37,876 nt of DNA from Octopus sinensis (GCF_006345805.1 NW_021835883.1:1-37876), one strand, 5' to 3'. Numbered from the stretch's first letter, positions 1 through 14,262 are shown. Notes: generated from the letters alone by a model not told the origin. Translations and numbers: made by a program.

Positions 1-691
1 GCTCTATGTGATTTGAACTACGAACACGTAGAGTCAGGACATATACAGAGTTGCATAATTTCGCCAATAAAGTTCCCGCCCAATTAGCCGCCAATTCGCC
101 GCTGTTTTTCCGCTTCTAGACAGTAAACATCGACAAGCTTAAGAGCATACTGTATATCTTAACGTTGATATGGTGTAGGGAGTAGGAAAACGGCGAAGCC
201 CCTCCTGAGAAAGTATCTCGTGCAGAAAAAAAATGTCCACCGGCAGTATTGGAATTGTTTTATTAACATTTCTTCTTCCTTGGGCATCAATAAAGAAAGT
301 ATCCACCAGCAACAATATGGTGAAACAAAACTAGTTCATACTGATATAAAATAAGTGTGATTAACAAATCACTGGTGTCACAAACAATAGGTAGGCTGGA
401 TAAAACATATTATTTGCTACGACGCAGTATAATTTCAAATAGCCTTCTTTATATCTGAGTTAACGATAATTTAACTCAGTTAAAATCCGCATCTTGTGCA
501 TATTGACTTTCTGCTCTGCCTACCCAAAGAACACCTAGATATTGAACAGATGTTCAATATATAACATCCAGTATCTATTCAATCAACACATACATCGTTC
601 TGTGGCTACAGGCCGCCTATTAATTTGAGCTTATTCATGTTGACACCTTTCGACAGCTATATTTTAAATATATTATATATATATATAATAT

Positions 692-736
<45 letters not shown>

Positions 737-1147
737 AATGTAATGTGTTTAATAAAATCTTTGGCTTGTGTTGTCCATCTTAGATGACATTTTCCCAGCT
801 ATTTTAGTCTTATTTTATATTCAGTCTGTTTAGCAGGCTGTTTATTTCCTTTCTACAAAAGAAAAAAAAGAAATAGTGAAACCCAAGAATACAAAACAAA
901 AATTAATATTCAATTTCCCATTGATTCGACACCAACATAACTGATCTTCGACATTAGGCAGTCTAAAAGTTGTATCTTACTCGAGATACTCCATGAACTC
1001 GTAGAAGCCTTTAAAAATATAGAATTAATAAACAGATGTCAACGGAGATGAATGAAAATAGAATTTGATAAAAATAAACAACGCTAAAAAGGAAATATCT
1101 CCAGTTGCATAATACCCTTTCTCTGTTTTTCGTTGTGTTGTTTTTAG

Positions 1148-1278
1148 ATTTGAAATGCTTCCGTCTGTATCAGAAGGAAAGATGGAAATATCTGATGCAT
1201 TCTTATATATCAAGTTATGAAATCGATAGAAAAATTGCAGCAGATTCTTGTAGCTGGGTACACCAATGTGCAGTATGA
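1148..1278 (+). CDS. Candidate terminal coding exon of an unknown gene
   Basis: Pyrimidine-rich acceptor (tttctctgtttttcgttgtgttgtttttAG, AG at 1146-1147), then an open frame LKCFRLYQKERWKYLMHSYISSYEIDRKIAADSCSWVHQCAV* with TGA at 1276-1278. No homology recognised and no upstream exon identified. Confidence 0.25.
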
Positions 1279-1594
1279 TAAACAGAGAGTGAAATGTATT
1301 GTTTCTTAGTATGAATGTTGAATGAAACATTGTTGCAAACTGTTGTTTTTGTTTGTGTTATTGTTGCTACTGTTATTTTTAGAGTAGATGCATCTCCAGT
1401 TTTCCAGACCTAAGACAAAAAGCATGCTTATTGTGGCCAACCATTGTAATATTTTTAAAAGAAAACATGTATTTAGATTTACATTATCTCATATGTCATG
1501 CGTGTATTTATGAATATTGGCTGTGATTCGAAACAGATTTGGCTGTCTTTCGAGGCAGATCAAAAAACAAAAAAGCCAGTACAAAATATATAAG

Positions 1595-1880
1595 CTTGCT
1601 TGGTGAGGAGGGTGTTTATTGGACACCCTGCGAGATGAAAAACAAAACCCGACAAAAGGCGGAGGAACTCTTGAGAGTCAACGGCCATCCAATAAATGTC
1701 TTAAGGATGTATCATGCGCGGGGACATAGAAATAATCGGACTGAAACCCCGATCTCGCGGTTAAGCCATTGGGATGGACGACTCCTAGCCTTTGTTAGGG
1801 CATTATTCTAGGAGAAGGTAATTCATGTAACTGGGATAAATCCGACATAAAACCTGCGGCTCAGTGGTTACCGATGATGT
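1595..1880 (+). mobile_element. Probable non-autonomous RTE-related short element (SINE-like)
   Basis: Contains gactcctagcctttgttagggcattattctaggagaagg, which resembles the RTE 5'-UTR block (a similar block is on the minus strand at ~17405-17445), and ends in gatgatg. Boundaries approximate. Confidence 0.4.
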
Positions 1881-2519
1881 TGACTTGTATTTCTTTTCGG
1901 ATTATGGCTGCTGTTGCTTAGTGAATGGGATTGATTCAGTGCACAGCCTTTCCTCACTTTACAAAAATCTTCTTGCACAGACATTGCACGATAACAACAT
2001 TGATTAAGCTTCGTGCGATGGCCATACTCGATAAAGAGGGGGCAGCCACCAATGTATATAGATACACGTACATGCATGTCGTCATCTTCTCTACCACGGT
2101 TCTCAACGTGGTGCAGTTAGTCTTCTATGCTGTAATCTTCGATTGAAGGCATGCAGTATATAGAGGGATGTGTAAGTATGTGACCGCTTCTGAGTGTACG
2201 TGTTAGTGTATATGTGAGTGTATGTGTATGTGTGTATGGTTGTGCTTTTTCTGTATGTCAGAGAGAGAGAGTATGTAAGAGTGTGTGTGCATGTGTGTGT
2301 ATGTGTGTGTGTGTGCGTGTGTGTGCATGTGCCTGAATGTGTGCACCCAATGTCTGCCGTATATATTAGTATGTGTGTATTTCAATCATTCTTTCTCATA
2401 TCTGTAGCACTGTACACTGACTCGCACATTCATATATACTTACATATATATCCACGTGAGTGTGTCTGAATGTATATATATTCGTATTTGATTATTAGCA
2501 TGTATACGCAGACGCATAT

Positions 2520-2537
2520 GTACACATATATATGTGC

Positions 2538-2606
<69 letters not shown>

Positions 2607-2842
2607 TATATATGCATATACATGGACATGTGTGTGTGTGTATGTGTGTGTAAGTGTGAATGTATGTATATGTGTATCATCTATTCTTCCGATGAATAAG
2701 TATCATTTATCAAAGTCGAATTTATATCTGCCATCTTTGAACCCCGATTTAACGAGAATAAATTCATATTCGTGTCAGCTCTCGCATGTGCTTGTATGTG
2801 TGTAATTAGGTATCCCTGTACGTTCTCTCTCTCTCTATCCCC

Positions 2843-2916
<74 letters not shown>

Positions 2917-2930
2917 TATAATATATATAT

Positions 2931-3001
<71 letters not shown>

Positions 3002-3058
3002 ATATATATATATACATATATATATACGTATACATATATATATATATATATATATCAA

Positions 3059-3132
<74 letters not shown>

Positions 3133-3197
3133 GCTAGATAGATAGATAGATATACATACATAATCCATGTCAAAATACGGATATATATAGAGAGATA

Positions 3198-3255
<58 letters not shown>

Positions 3256-3912
3256 TACTTACACACATAGATACATATATATTTATATATATATACATAC
3301 ATGCAATATGCATATATTGATAGACAGGTATACATGTAGTTCAATTATGCATTTCATTCTAGTATTATCGCTATCATTGATATTATTATTATGAATATCA
3401 TTATTAATATTATCATTATTATTATCATCATCATTATCATCATTATTATTATTATTTTTATTATCGTCGTTATTATTGTTATTACTACTACTACAACTAC
3501 TGTAACTATTCATTTTTTAGTCTGAATCTCTCTGAGGTAACTACATTGAATTGAACAGATACACACACACAAAAACCCAACATATTAAAAAATAAAAACC
3601 AAAAATATATTAAAATATTAGTTATTATTTATGTTTTTGCTTTTGTATTTTTGATGTTAATTTTCTGTTATTTTTTTTTTAGCTCGTAGTTGTTTTACTT
3701 TTTTTTTCTTTTTTGCTTTTGTGTTATCTTTCATAAACTGAAATAAAATAGATGACGTATCTCTGATTAAGTTGTGAACCACATTAGTTAGTATGGGCTG
3801 CTAAATGTAGGTATTCCCACAGCGATCGATATTGATCACAACTGTTAATGAGATCCTAAAAGGAACGTATAAAGATTTTGGGGTGAGATAAAATGAGAAA
3901 AGAAAACTGCAG

Positions 3913-3971
<59 letters not shown>

Positions 3972-4282
3972 GATAATAATAATAATAATAATAATATAAT
4001 AATAATAGCAGTAATAATGCACACACCAAAAGTTAAGCCGAAATAATTTTGATAGAAAATACAGGAATAGATATATATATGTATATATATATATAGATAT
4101 ATATATATATATATATATGTATATGTATATATATATATATGTATGTATGTTCGTATATCTATATATATATACGAACATACACATATATATATATACATAT
4201 ATATATATGTGTATATATATACATATAATATATATATGTATATATATATGTTTATATATGTATGTATATATATATGTGTGTA

Positions 4283-4320
<38 letters not shown>

Positions 4321-4391
4321 CTATATATATATATATCTATACATGTATATATATATAATATACAAGTATAAGTATTTATATAATATATATG

Positions 4392-4451
<60 letters not shown>

Positions 4452-4811
4452 TTTTTTCATTATTCATTTGTTTCATTTTGTGGCATCATTTCATCTCAAT
4501 TCGTCTTTTTATTTCTGTCATGTAGTTTTGTGGTTAATCATATGTTACTCGTAATTCGGTGATCTTTTTTTTTGGGGGGGGGGGGTAAGAGGCGAGTTTA
4601 AATTCGTTCTAAATTTTTTTTATATTTTCATTCCACGGTGTTGTATTTTTTTTAAAATATATCTTTTTTTTTCTTTCTCTATATTAGAGGGAGAGGTGAT
4701 GGACATGTTAGTGTTCCCATGCTATTTTAGCAGAAAACTTGAAGATAATAATATTCCTGTGATCTCCAAAACTCTTAAAGTTAACTGAAAGCAACTGATA
4801 TATCACAAAGG

Positions 4812-4869
<58 letters not shown>

Positions 4870-4952
4870 TAACAACAATAATAATAATATTAGTAATAAA
4901 AATAATAATGATAATAATGATAAGAATATTAGTAATAATAATAATGATGATG

Positions 4953-5004
<52 letters not shown>

Positions 5005-5138
5005 TAAGAATATTAATTATAATAATAATGATAAGAATATTAGTAATAATAATAATAATGATGATAATAATAATAACAATAATAATAATAATAATAATAA
5101 TAATGATAACAATATTAGTGATAATAATAATGATGATA

Positions 5139-5214
<76 letters not shown>

Positions 5215-5225
5215 TAATAATAATA
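2520..5225. repeat. Compound microsatellite field: (TA)n, (CA)n, (ATT)n/(AAT)n
   Basis: Directly visible long (TA)n runs (e.g. 2840-3300, 4070-4445) and (AAT)n runs (3913-4015, 4812-5225). Confidence 0.95.
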
Positions 5226-6131
5226 GCAACTGCGATAAAAACAACAACAACAGTAAGATTTTCTGTTGGACATTCAATACCGATCTGTGCAGGATTTTGT
5301 GGGTTTTTTTTTCTATGTGTTAAGGGTAGAATTGTCCGGCTTAGTGGGGTGGATATTTTTGATGTAGTAATGAAAAAGTAGTCATTTATTCCATCGGAAA
5401 TATATCCAAGCCCTTCTCCACCACCAACACCAACAGCAACACCAACGTCATTAACATCATCATAATTGTTATTATCATCATCATCATCATCAGTATCGTA
5501 ACTGTCGTAGTTATCACTATCATAGTCATCATCATCGATATGAAAGTCATTATTGTTCAATGACGTCGTCACCATCCCCCCCCCACATCAGTAGTCACAT
5601 CAGTATCACTTCCATCGGTATTAAAGTTCTCATCGTCGTTATCACCATCATCTTCACCATCATCATTATCATCGTCAATCTCGTTAACATCATCACCTTC
5701 GTCGTCTTCGTAGTTGCCGTCGTCGTCGACGCCATCTTGTCATTATCAATGTACAAGCCATAAAATTACAAAATAAATGTCAGAAAGCTGTGTGAAACAG
5801 AGAAAAGAAATAGAAAGATACAAATATACAACTTCTCACGTTACATAATTGACTGTGAGAGTTCTAACCCTGGGTATAGCACTGCCGCTAATGACACTGA
5901 TTTTTTTTTTGTTTTTTTTTTGTTTGTTTGTTTTTGCTGTCACCGCTTGATATGTTTGGCGCTAAAGTTATTACCACCTAAAGCAGATACGTTAACTGGA
6001 TTCTCCACCGAGGTCCATCGCAAGTTCATATTCAGTTAAACTCTATCTAACATCTATTTAATATCATATGGTAAGATTCGAGGTTCAATTTGCAAACATT
6101 ACGTGCAGGGTCCCTAATTACCTATTGTTTT

Positions 6132-6660
6132 TTAGTTAGTTAGTTAGTTAATTTGGCTCAAAAGCAAATAGCAAGGCCATGTAGGGGGACATGGAGTTAA
6201 GTACAGGGTGGTGTTCATGTAAAGAGTTCAGGCCACTTGAGGGCAAGGGAGACTTTGAACAAAGCGGTCGTCGGCATCTTCACTATCTCGTCTGGCAGCT
6301 TGTTCCACGGATCCGCAACCTTCGATTGAGATGAAATCGTCGCAGGTAGAGCTTTTCGACGCTCTGGAGCAGGAGTGAAGAACAGCTCTTTCGAGAGGTT
6401 ACACTTTCCGCTTATGATGTTGTGAGCGAGAATGAGATCACCACGGCGGCGGCGTTTTTCTAGAGAATAAAGGTCGAGCGTCCTCAGCCTTTCTTCATGA
6501 ACCATGAACCATGCGGGTAGCCAGCTTCTGGACTCTTTCGAGATGCTGTATGTCTTTGAGGAGATAAGGAGAAGAGGCTTGAATCCCGTACTCCAATATG
6601 GGTCTCGCCAGCGTGACATAGAGTGGTAGGAATATGGCTGCTGTTACAGCCTTTGCGGTT
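6132..6660 (-). mobile_element. 5'-truncated CR1-clade LINE, 3' end of ORF2, frameshifted
   Basis: Minus-strand peptides LYVTLARPILEYGIQASSPYLLKDIQHLERVQKLATRMV and EERLRTLDLYSLEKRRRRGDLI match the typical CR1 ORF2 C-terminal motifs. (TAAC)n tail at 6132-6150. Confidence 0.85.
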
Positions 6661-6917
6661 GCTCGTGCTCTTACAGCTTGGCTCCATGTCACATCTGATT
6701 AACCAGATCTAAATATTAACCAGATCTAAATATTTGGCGAACTAATAATTCTGACTATTCCATATAATTATCAGACCTCAGTATTCTGTGGACTGGCGCA
6801 ATATCCACATTTAAAGTGGGATAAATATTACACTTCTGTATTAATATGTTTTCATTCGCAAATGATAATAACGTGTCTGTATATACATACATATATATAT
6901 GTATCTATGTATATATA

Positions 6918-7128
6918 TAACGGGAAGCTTTATGAAAATAAACAAAAGACGAAGGCAGGTGGAATACAAACAAACAATTGTATTAGTATGGCGCTCAGTA
7001 ATATAAATAAAACAAGTCTTTTACGTTTCGAGCCTACGCTCTTCAACAGAAAGATACACAGAAAAGAAACACGGAGTGAAACAAGGAGAGAAAAAATGCG
7101 TGCAGAAGCTAGCGAATCAACATGGCGA

Positions 7129-7130
<2 letters not shown>
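6918..7130 (-). mobile_element. Short non-autonomous Penelope-like element with a hammerhead-like motif, copy 1
   Basis: About 210 bp flanked by (TA)n on both sides. Clearly homologous to 28731-28891 and more distantly to 11775-11980. Confidence 0.6.
7017..7054 (-). ncRNA. Minimal type I hammerhead ribozyme-like motif (core variant CUGUUGA)
   Basis: Minus strand reads UCUUU CUGUUGA A GAGC GUAG GCUC GAAA CG UA AAAGA: stem I UCUUU/AAAGA, stem II GAGC/GCUC, palindromic ACGU stem III. A6 of the core is U. Confidence 0.55.
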
Positions 7131-7202
<72 letters not shown>

Positions 7203-7838
7203 TATGTATATCCAGTTTGACATCTGTAGCTATTATTCCTCTGTCAAGCCTATAATCCTTAATAAAGCTCTATGGTTCGCACATTATAAGGCCGGTCTAA
7301 CCCGTGACGAAATTAATGTTGTCCTAGCGACGAGAAAATCTACCATCCAATTTGATAATAAACTATGGATTCGTAATGATCAACCTCATTGCTACGATAT
7401 TCCATTGGGACGCTCACATACAGACTACGTGCGTGAAGCTTGAACACACACACTATTCAATCAATATTCAAGCATAAACACACATAATACACATGCACAT
7501 TAGAGTGCCGCACGCACAATTGTCATTCAGAACCACATACACACACGCACATATACAACTGCGTTTTACACGCGCACACACTCACACACACACACACAAA
7601 CACTTAAAAAACACACGACAGTACGCATCCTACCCGTACCATATATGCATGCATACATTAAATTCTACACACATGTGTTTAGAAATAAACACACACACAC
7701 ACATATCTGATAGACTCACGCACATACGTCTGACATACTCACACACTCCAACACATATACACATGTCCACACATACGCACATACATACATAAACACACAA
7801 AGAGCAAAAGAGCGTAGTTGCCTATCCAAACACACACA

Positions 7839-7872
<34 letters not shown>

Positions 7873-7969
7873 GAGGCATGCATACGCATTCTGCAATATA
7901 TACACATACACGTGCACTCGGCCATACATAAATCTACTCAGGAAACTCCTTACCCTTACCTATTCTTTT

Positions 7970-8208
7970 ATTCGTTTATTCCTTTATTTTTTCAGTCATT
8001 TGACTGCGGCCATGCTGGAGCACCACATTTAGTCGAGAAATCGAATCCAGGACTTATTCTTTGTAAGCCTAGTACTTATTCTATCGGTCTTTTTTCCCGA
8101 ACCGCTAAGTTACTGGAACGTAAACAGACCTGCATCGCTCGACAAGCGATGTCGGGGGGGACAGACACAGACACACAAACACAGACACACAAACACATAC
8201 ACACACAG

Positions 8209-8243
<35 letters not shown>

Positions 8244-8450
8244 CACGCACACATACATATATATATATACATATATAAAACGTGTTTCTTTAGGTTTCCG
8301 TCAACCAAATCCACTCACAAGGCTTTGGTCGGACCGAGGCCATATAGTAAAAAGACACTTGCCCAAGGTGGCACGCAGTAGGACTGAACCCGGAACAAAG
8401 TGGTTGGTTGGTTGGTTGGTAAGCAAGCTACTTACCCCACAGCCTAGCGC
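7970..8450 (-). mobile_element. tRNA-derived SINE family B, near full length, with internal (TA)/(TG) microsatellite
   Basis: Homologous to 31158-31625, 33736-33960, 30540-30815 and 37349-37495. Head has a B-box-like GGTTCAGTCC. Confidence 0.8.
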
Positions 8451-8735
8451 AACCCTCTCTATCCAGGTTACATCTGTCTACCTGGCCACCAAACATTTCT
8501 TTCTTTCCAGTCAATTCAACATGTAAAACTATTAATCCAGTTATGTCTTTTTTTTCTCTCCGCTATATTCCTCTCTTCATTGTTTTTTTTTTCTTCTTTA
8601 CTTATTCATGTCTTTGTATGAGTGTAGGATTCAAATCAAACTAATTCATCTTCTTTTTGTTCTCTCACCTGTCTCTATCTTCCATTTTGCTTTGAATAAT
8701 GCTGAACCATATAAGTAAATCTAGATAGATAGATA

Positions 8736-8769
<34 letters not shown>

Positions 8770-8784
8770 GTTTATATTATATAT

Positions 8785-8851
<67 letters not shown>

Positions 8852-8909
8852 TGTAATGATAATATGTATATATATACATTATATATATACAGGTATATAT
8901 ATATAGATT

Positions 8910-8951
<42 letters not shown>

Positions 8952-10210
8952 ATATATACATACATATATGTATATACCTACATAATTTATAATACTATAT
9001 TGGTACATGACGTCAATAAAACGTCAAAAAAGTCTGAGCTAAATGAGAAACGAGACAGCAACCTAAAGAACATTCCCTTCATCAGTTGTTCCCTGTTTTA
9101 TCTGCTCCGCATATCGAACGTAGGGACAAGGCGCGATTTCGTTAAACCAGTCGCTTTCGCAAAACGAATTTTCAAAAATTGGGATTTGCGGAGGGTTGAA
9201 GTGGTGACAAAAACAGGACAGTGAGAACAAAAGAGCGAAAAGAAACGGTAAGGGCTGTTAAGCCATAATGAGTTGAAGTGCTGAATGCAAAGGAGAAAGG
9301 AGCTTTGAGAAGAGACAGGCAAAAGCACGTCTTGTCTTTAGGAGGGATGTGGAATAAAGAAAGATAGATAGCCGTTGGTCACGTGTGAGCAATGAGAGTC
9401 AAGGAGGAAGAGTGAGGGAGAGAGCAGGAAAGGGGAAGGGGAGAGGAGAAGAATTAATTTTTTAAAATTCCAATACTAAAGGGTCTAAACAAACCGCAAC
9501 GATGGGCGATAATTCTAGTATCATATAAAATATATTGTGTGAGTGTGTGTGTGTGTGTGCGTGTGTGTGTGTGTGTGTGTGTATGTGTGTGTATTATACA
9601 TTATCGTATATTTTTCTGCGTAGTGTTAAATTCATTAGCTTAGCTAGCATCTAGAAGTAATGACTTGTATAGACTCGTATGAAAAGCAGATGTTTCAAAC
9701 ATACTTAGAGACAGCGAAGCACGTCTGCATATGTTAACAAACAGTCTACTTTACAAAGAAAATGAAGCAGAAATCATAGATAGTACCCGCAAGAAATGAA
9801 TAAATAACGAAGTGAATAAACCAGCATACACAGCAGACGACAGATGAAAAGAAAGACTCGAATATAAGCCAAAAGTTATGTTGTCATCATCATTATGGTT
9901 GCTTCTTGTGTCTTTAGTTGAAGTTTGAATAACACAGATTTTTGTTCCGTTATTTCATTATTTTTCTTCTTCCTTTATTTGCATTCCTGGTTAAACTGCA
10001 GCCAAACTGAGACAACGACTTGACGACATTTAGTTGAAAGAATCGACACAAGCTCCTTTTTCTTCTTCTTATTATTATTAATTTTTTTTTTTGAAGCATG
10101 TTTCTCATTCTATCGAGCTCTTTTGTTTGACAAATAACAGTGTAAGAGTGACGTAGATATACCAGCAGCGGTTGCCAAGCATCAGTACATATATATATGT
10201 ATTATATATA

Positions 10211-10275
<65 letters not shown>

Positions 10276-10291
10276 CATATATAATATACAC

Positions 10292-10367
<76 letters not shown>

Positions 10368-10402
10368 AATATACATATATATATGTACATATATATATAT
10401 AT

Positions 10403-10439
<37 letters not shown>

Positions 10440-10463
10440 GAATATACATATATATATATGTAC

Positions 10464-10528
<65 letters not shown>

Positions 10529-10590
10529 TACATATATATTATGTGTGTACATATATATATATATATCTATATATATATATATGTGTGTAC

Positions 10591-11736
10591 ATGGGCGCTC
10601 AACGCTGAGCCAGATACTATGCCTGCGCAGACTTATTGAAGAATCAAAAGCATTTAATCGCGATCTTGCAATGGTATTTATAGACTTTTCTAAAGCGTTC
10701 GATTCTGTAGATAGGTGCAAGATGTTTGAAATCCTTAAGCTCTATGGGATACCAGACAAAATTATTTCTGCCTCTACACAGATACGTCTTCAACCATCTT
10801 AACCCCTGATGGAGAAACATCATCTTTCTCGATCGAGGCCGGAATACTGCAGGGAGACACACTCGCCCCATTTCTTTTCATCATTGTTGTTGATTATGTG
10901 CTTTGAAAGGGCTTTGAAATAAAACCAAGAAGAAGTTCCAGACACCCAGCTGAGTACTTGACAGACACTGACTTTGCTGACGACATCGCTCTTATCAGTG
11001 ATTCTCTCTCCAATGCCCAGTCTCTTTTACAATCTCTTGAACAAGCCCCAAATTGTGTAGGTCTTTACCTTAATGAGACCAAAACTGAATACATAAACAA
11101 GTGCCTGTCCAACAGTGATTGCATCATCCACACTCTCAACAGTGCACCTTTAAATATGGTTTCTGATTATAAATATCTTGGGTCATACATATCATCATCT
11201 GGAAAAGACTTTCTAACTAGAAAGGGTATGGCCTGGTCAGCCTGTAATGACATGCATAAGATCTGGTCATCAAATCTGAGTAGAGACTTCAAACTTGAAA
11301 TATTCAAAACCACAGTCGAACCAATCCTACTATATGGCTCAGAAACCTGGACGTTATCAAAGAAGCTTGAGAGGCGGTTGGATGGAACCTACACTCGCCT
11401 CCTTATGAGAGCTCAAAATCTCTCGTGGAGGCGCCATCCAACTAAAATGCAAATATATGGGAAATTACCACCTGTGTCATCTCTTGTGAAGGGTAGGAGA
11501 GTCCAGTTTGCTGGACATTGTTGTAGAGCTGAAAAAGAAGTAATTTCTACTCTTCTCCTCCGGAAGCCATCTACTCGCAACACCAGAGGGCGCCCACTCT
11601 CCTACCCTGATGTAATCTCCAGGGATACAGGCATCCAGCAACAGGACCTCCGTAATGCTATGATGGACCGTGAAGTCTGGCGCAACATGGTAAATTCCAT
11701 TGTCTCGACCACGGTCGAACAATGATGATGATGATG
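10591..11736 (+). mobile_element. 5'-truncated RTE-clade LINE, reverse transcriptase and C-terminus, disrupted
   Basis: [80 protein letters not shown] across frames with a frameshift and a stop. (TGA)n tail at 11723-11736. Inserted in (TA)n. Confidence 0.93.
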
Positions 11737-11774
11737 TACATATATATATACACATATATATATATATATGAAAA

Positions 11775-11975
11775 TGTGACCTCGTGTGTACCGTCGGCGA
11801 TTTTTTTTCCTCTCTCTTCCCTTCTCTGAATCTTTTCTCCTTTTATGTTTCCGACGAAGAGCTCAGCTTGAAACGTTAAACCCTCCTTGTTTCCTTCTTT
11901 CCTGAGCGTCCAATAATACTATATTTGTTCCACGTCCTCGCGTTGTTGTGTTCTTTTGTGCCTTCTTGTTTAGAT

Positions 11976-11980
<5 letters not shown>
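11775..11980 (+). mobile_element. Short Penelope-like element with a hammerhead-like motif, diverged relative of 6918-7130
   Basis: Same layout: pyrimidine tract, hammerhead motif, ctgagcg..taatac block, T-rich end. (TA)n on both flanks. Confidence 0.55.
11847..11881 (+). ncRNA. Minimal type I hammerhead ribozyme-like motif (core variant CCGACGA)
   Basis: GUUU CCGACGA A GAGC UCA GCUU GAAA CG UU AAAC: stem I GUUU/AAAC, stem II GAGC/GCUU, palindromic ACGU stem III. U4 is C. Confidence 0.55.
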
Positions 11981-12029
<49 letters not shown>

Positions 12030-12032
<3 letters not shown>

Positions 12033-12342
12033 GATGAGCCTATTTCAGTTTCCCTTAGATAAATCCATTCACAAGTATTTGGGTGACCCGAAGTTATTGT
12101 AGAAAACAATTCAGCAAGTTGCCCTGCATACATACACGCATGCACACACATATACACACAACGCACACACATACACACGCACACTCACATATGTATTATG
12201 ATCTTTCAGTTTCCATTAGCGAAATCCAATAACTAGGATTTGGTAGGCCCGAAGCTATAGTAGAAGTTACTTGCCCAAATTGACACGCAGTGGAACAGAA
12301 CCATGTGGTTGATAAGCTAGCTACTTACCACACAGCCACTGC
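12030..12342 (-). mobile_element. Two decayed fragments of SINE family B (12030-12124, 12201-12342)
   Basis: ttcagtttcc..aaatcca..tagtagaag..acttgccca..gctacttaccacacagccact matches the reverse complement of 33736-33900. Confidence 0.7.
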
Positions 12343-12609
12343 AACGTAACGTAATAAAGCATACAGAGGATATATTATAAACAATTAAGATTATTTATGA
12401 ATATATCAATGACCAAATATGTTATAAAATACAAAGAAGAACTTATATAATTATGAACAAATCACAATTTTAAATGAGAGAGCTTCAAAACCTTACATGT
12501 TAAAAATACCAACCAAACCCGCTATAAAGTCATTTTATCACACGTATTATTTTTCTTCACAATAAAAACTGACTTCAGGTGACATGAGAAATAGAATTCA
12601 CAACTTAAA

Positions 12610-12736
12610 TGTAGCTGGTAAATTCCCTGGAGCGGCAGCCGAACGCGTAGAAGACCAGCGACAATGGAAAATCCGGGTCGTGCAAGCAGCTACTGACGGC
12701 GGCTTCGGCGTCACCGCGCTACCAGAAGAACACTAA
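12610..12736 (+). mobile_element. Possible extreme 3' remnant of a LINE ORF
   Basis: GC-rich island translating to AAAERVEDQRQWKIRVVQAATDGGFGVTALPEEH*, reminiscent of the A.DR..W+..V C-terminus of RTE-type ORFs. Confidence 0.3.
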
Positions 12737-13054
12737 ATTATCCATATATAAACATGTATATACGAATTGAAGCTGTATTTGTGTGTGTATCGGTGCCACA
12801 CGTTTATGTGTGTACATGTGTGTGTGTGTGTGTGAGCACATGTAATCATATATCGCAGCATGTAAGAAACTAATCGCAGATTTGTCACGTTCGTTAAATA
12901 ATTTTAAGTTCCAATTACGCCTGCGCAAAGTAACCTCTTCCTCCCCCGAGTGAATGCCAAACCCCGAAGAATTCGATAATTGGATGAGGAGTAAATTATT
13001 ATAGAAACACTAATATAGGCTAATACAGGCTCACGTAACTTGCATATATATATA

Positions 13055-13111
<57 letters not shown>

Positions 13112-13144
13112 TATATGTATATATGTAAATATATATATATATAT

Positions 13145-13179
<35 letters not shown>

Positions 13180-13413
13180 GTGTGTATATATAAATATATA
13201 TACATAAATAGATAGATAGATATATATATAAGTGTGTATATATATATACATACATATATATATATATATTATATATATATACATGTATATACATGTGTAT
13301 ATACGCATATATATGTATATATATGTGTGTATATATAAATATATATACATAAATAGATAGATAGATAGATAGATAGTAGATAGATAGATAGATAGATGAT
13401 AGATAGATAGATA

Positions 13414-13457
<44 letters not shown>

Positions 13458-14202
13458 TGAATGTTCTGTCGGATAGTGTCCATCGGTGATCGATAACATA
13501 TCTGAAGAGGGTCCAATTTGGAATGGAATTCATTGATTTAACCCAATACATAGTAAATACATTTTCTTCTTATAATATGTATTCGGCGTTGAGGAAAACA
13601 TGTATGGTAAGTAGTTAATTCGTCATTAGATACAAATTCTTCGGAAATATCTCCATAATCGTGCTGAGAGTCCTTTGTATATATGAACATTGCTTTTACT
13701 ACAGAATATTGTGGTTTTAATTCTTTGTAAGACCAAACACTCTGCTTTTACAAAGAACTACTTTCAAAAGAACGCACTGAGTTCCGTATTTCCTGAAAGC
13801 ATAATCCTTGAAAATGTCGATATGTTTCTCAATAGGAACCATTTTCTCCTATAATGTCTTTCTTGAACATATCACAGACATTATCCTAACCTTCTACCCA
13901 TCAAGAACGTAATTCAAATATGTACGTATTGAATTGATGTTAGAAAATTCAATAGAGCTATTTATTCTGACATAGCAATTTATTTAGCCAAGTAATCTCC
14001 CTTTATAACATATACACTATCCACTGGCTATGGCGAAACATTAAAATATATCGTCAGACAGATAGGATTTATATGACAAGCGGTAGAAGCCTTAATATTT
14101 CGGTGATATTAGGTTAACATTGATGCTGTACAGTAAGAAATGGCTCTCGGTTTCATTACATAATACACACACATACGTATATGCATGTACGTACATGCAT
14201 GC

Positions 14203-14262
<60 letters not shown>

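Noticed and set aside
2470-5575. Long ORFs rich in YI, poly-I, poly-L, HT, YLSI (here and throughout the window)
   Set aside because: Translations of stop-free microsatellites ((TA)n, (AAT)n, (CA)n, (GATA)n), not proteins.
6701-6734. 17-bp tandem duplication aaccagatctaaatatt near the CR1 5' end
   Set aside because: Not matched at the other end of the LINE, so it is not a TSD; ordinary slippage or repair duplication.
9000-9480. CpG-containing island between microsatellites, possibly a repeat or exon
   Set aside because: No second copy, terminal repeats, splice signals or recognisable peptide in this window.
10958-11725. 255-aa ORF as a host gene or intact RT
   Set aside because: It is the C-terminal part of a truncated RTE LINE with a stop and a frameshift upstream.
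13502-13535. CTGAAGA followed by a small hairpin; also CTGAAGA near 24987 and 27511
   Set aside because: Lacks correctly placed GAAA/UH and stem I; expected by chance.
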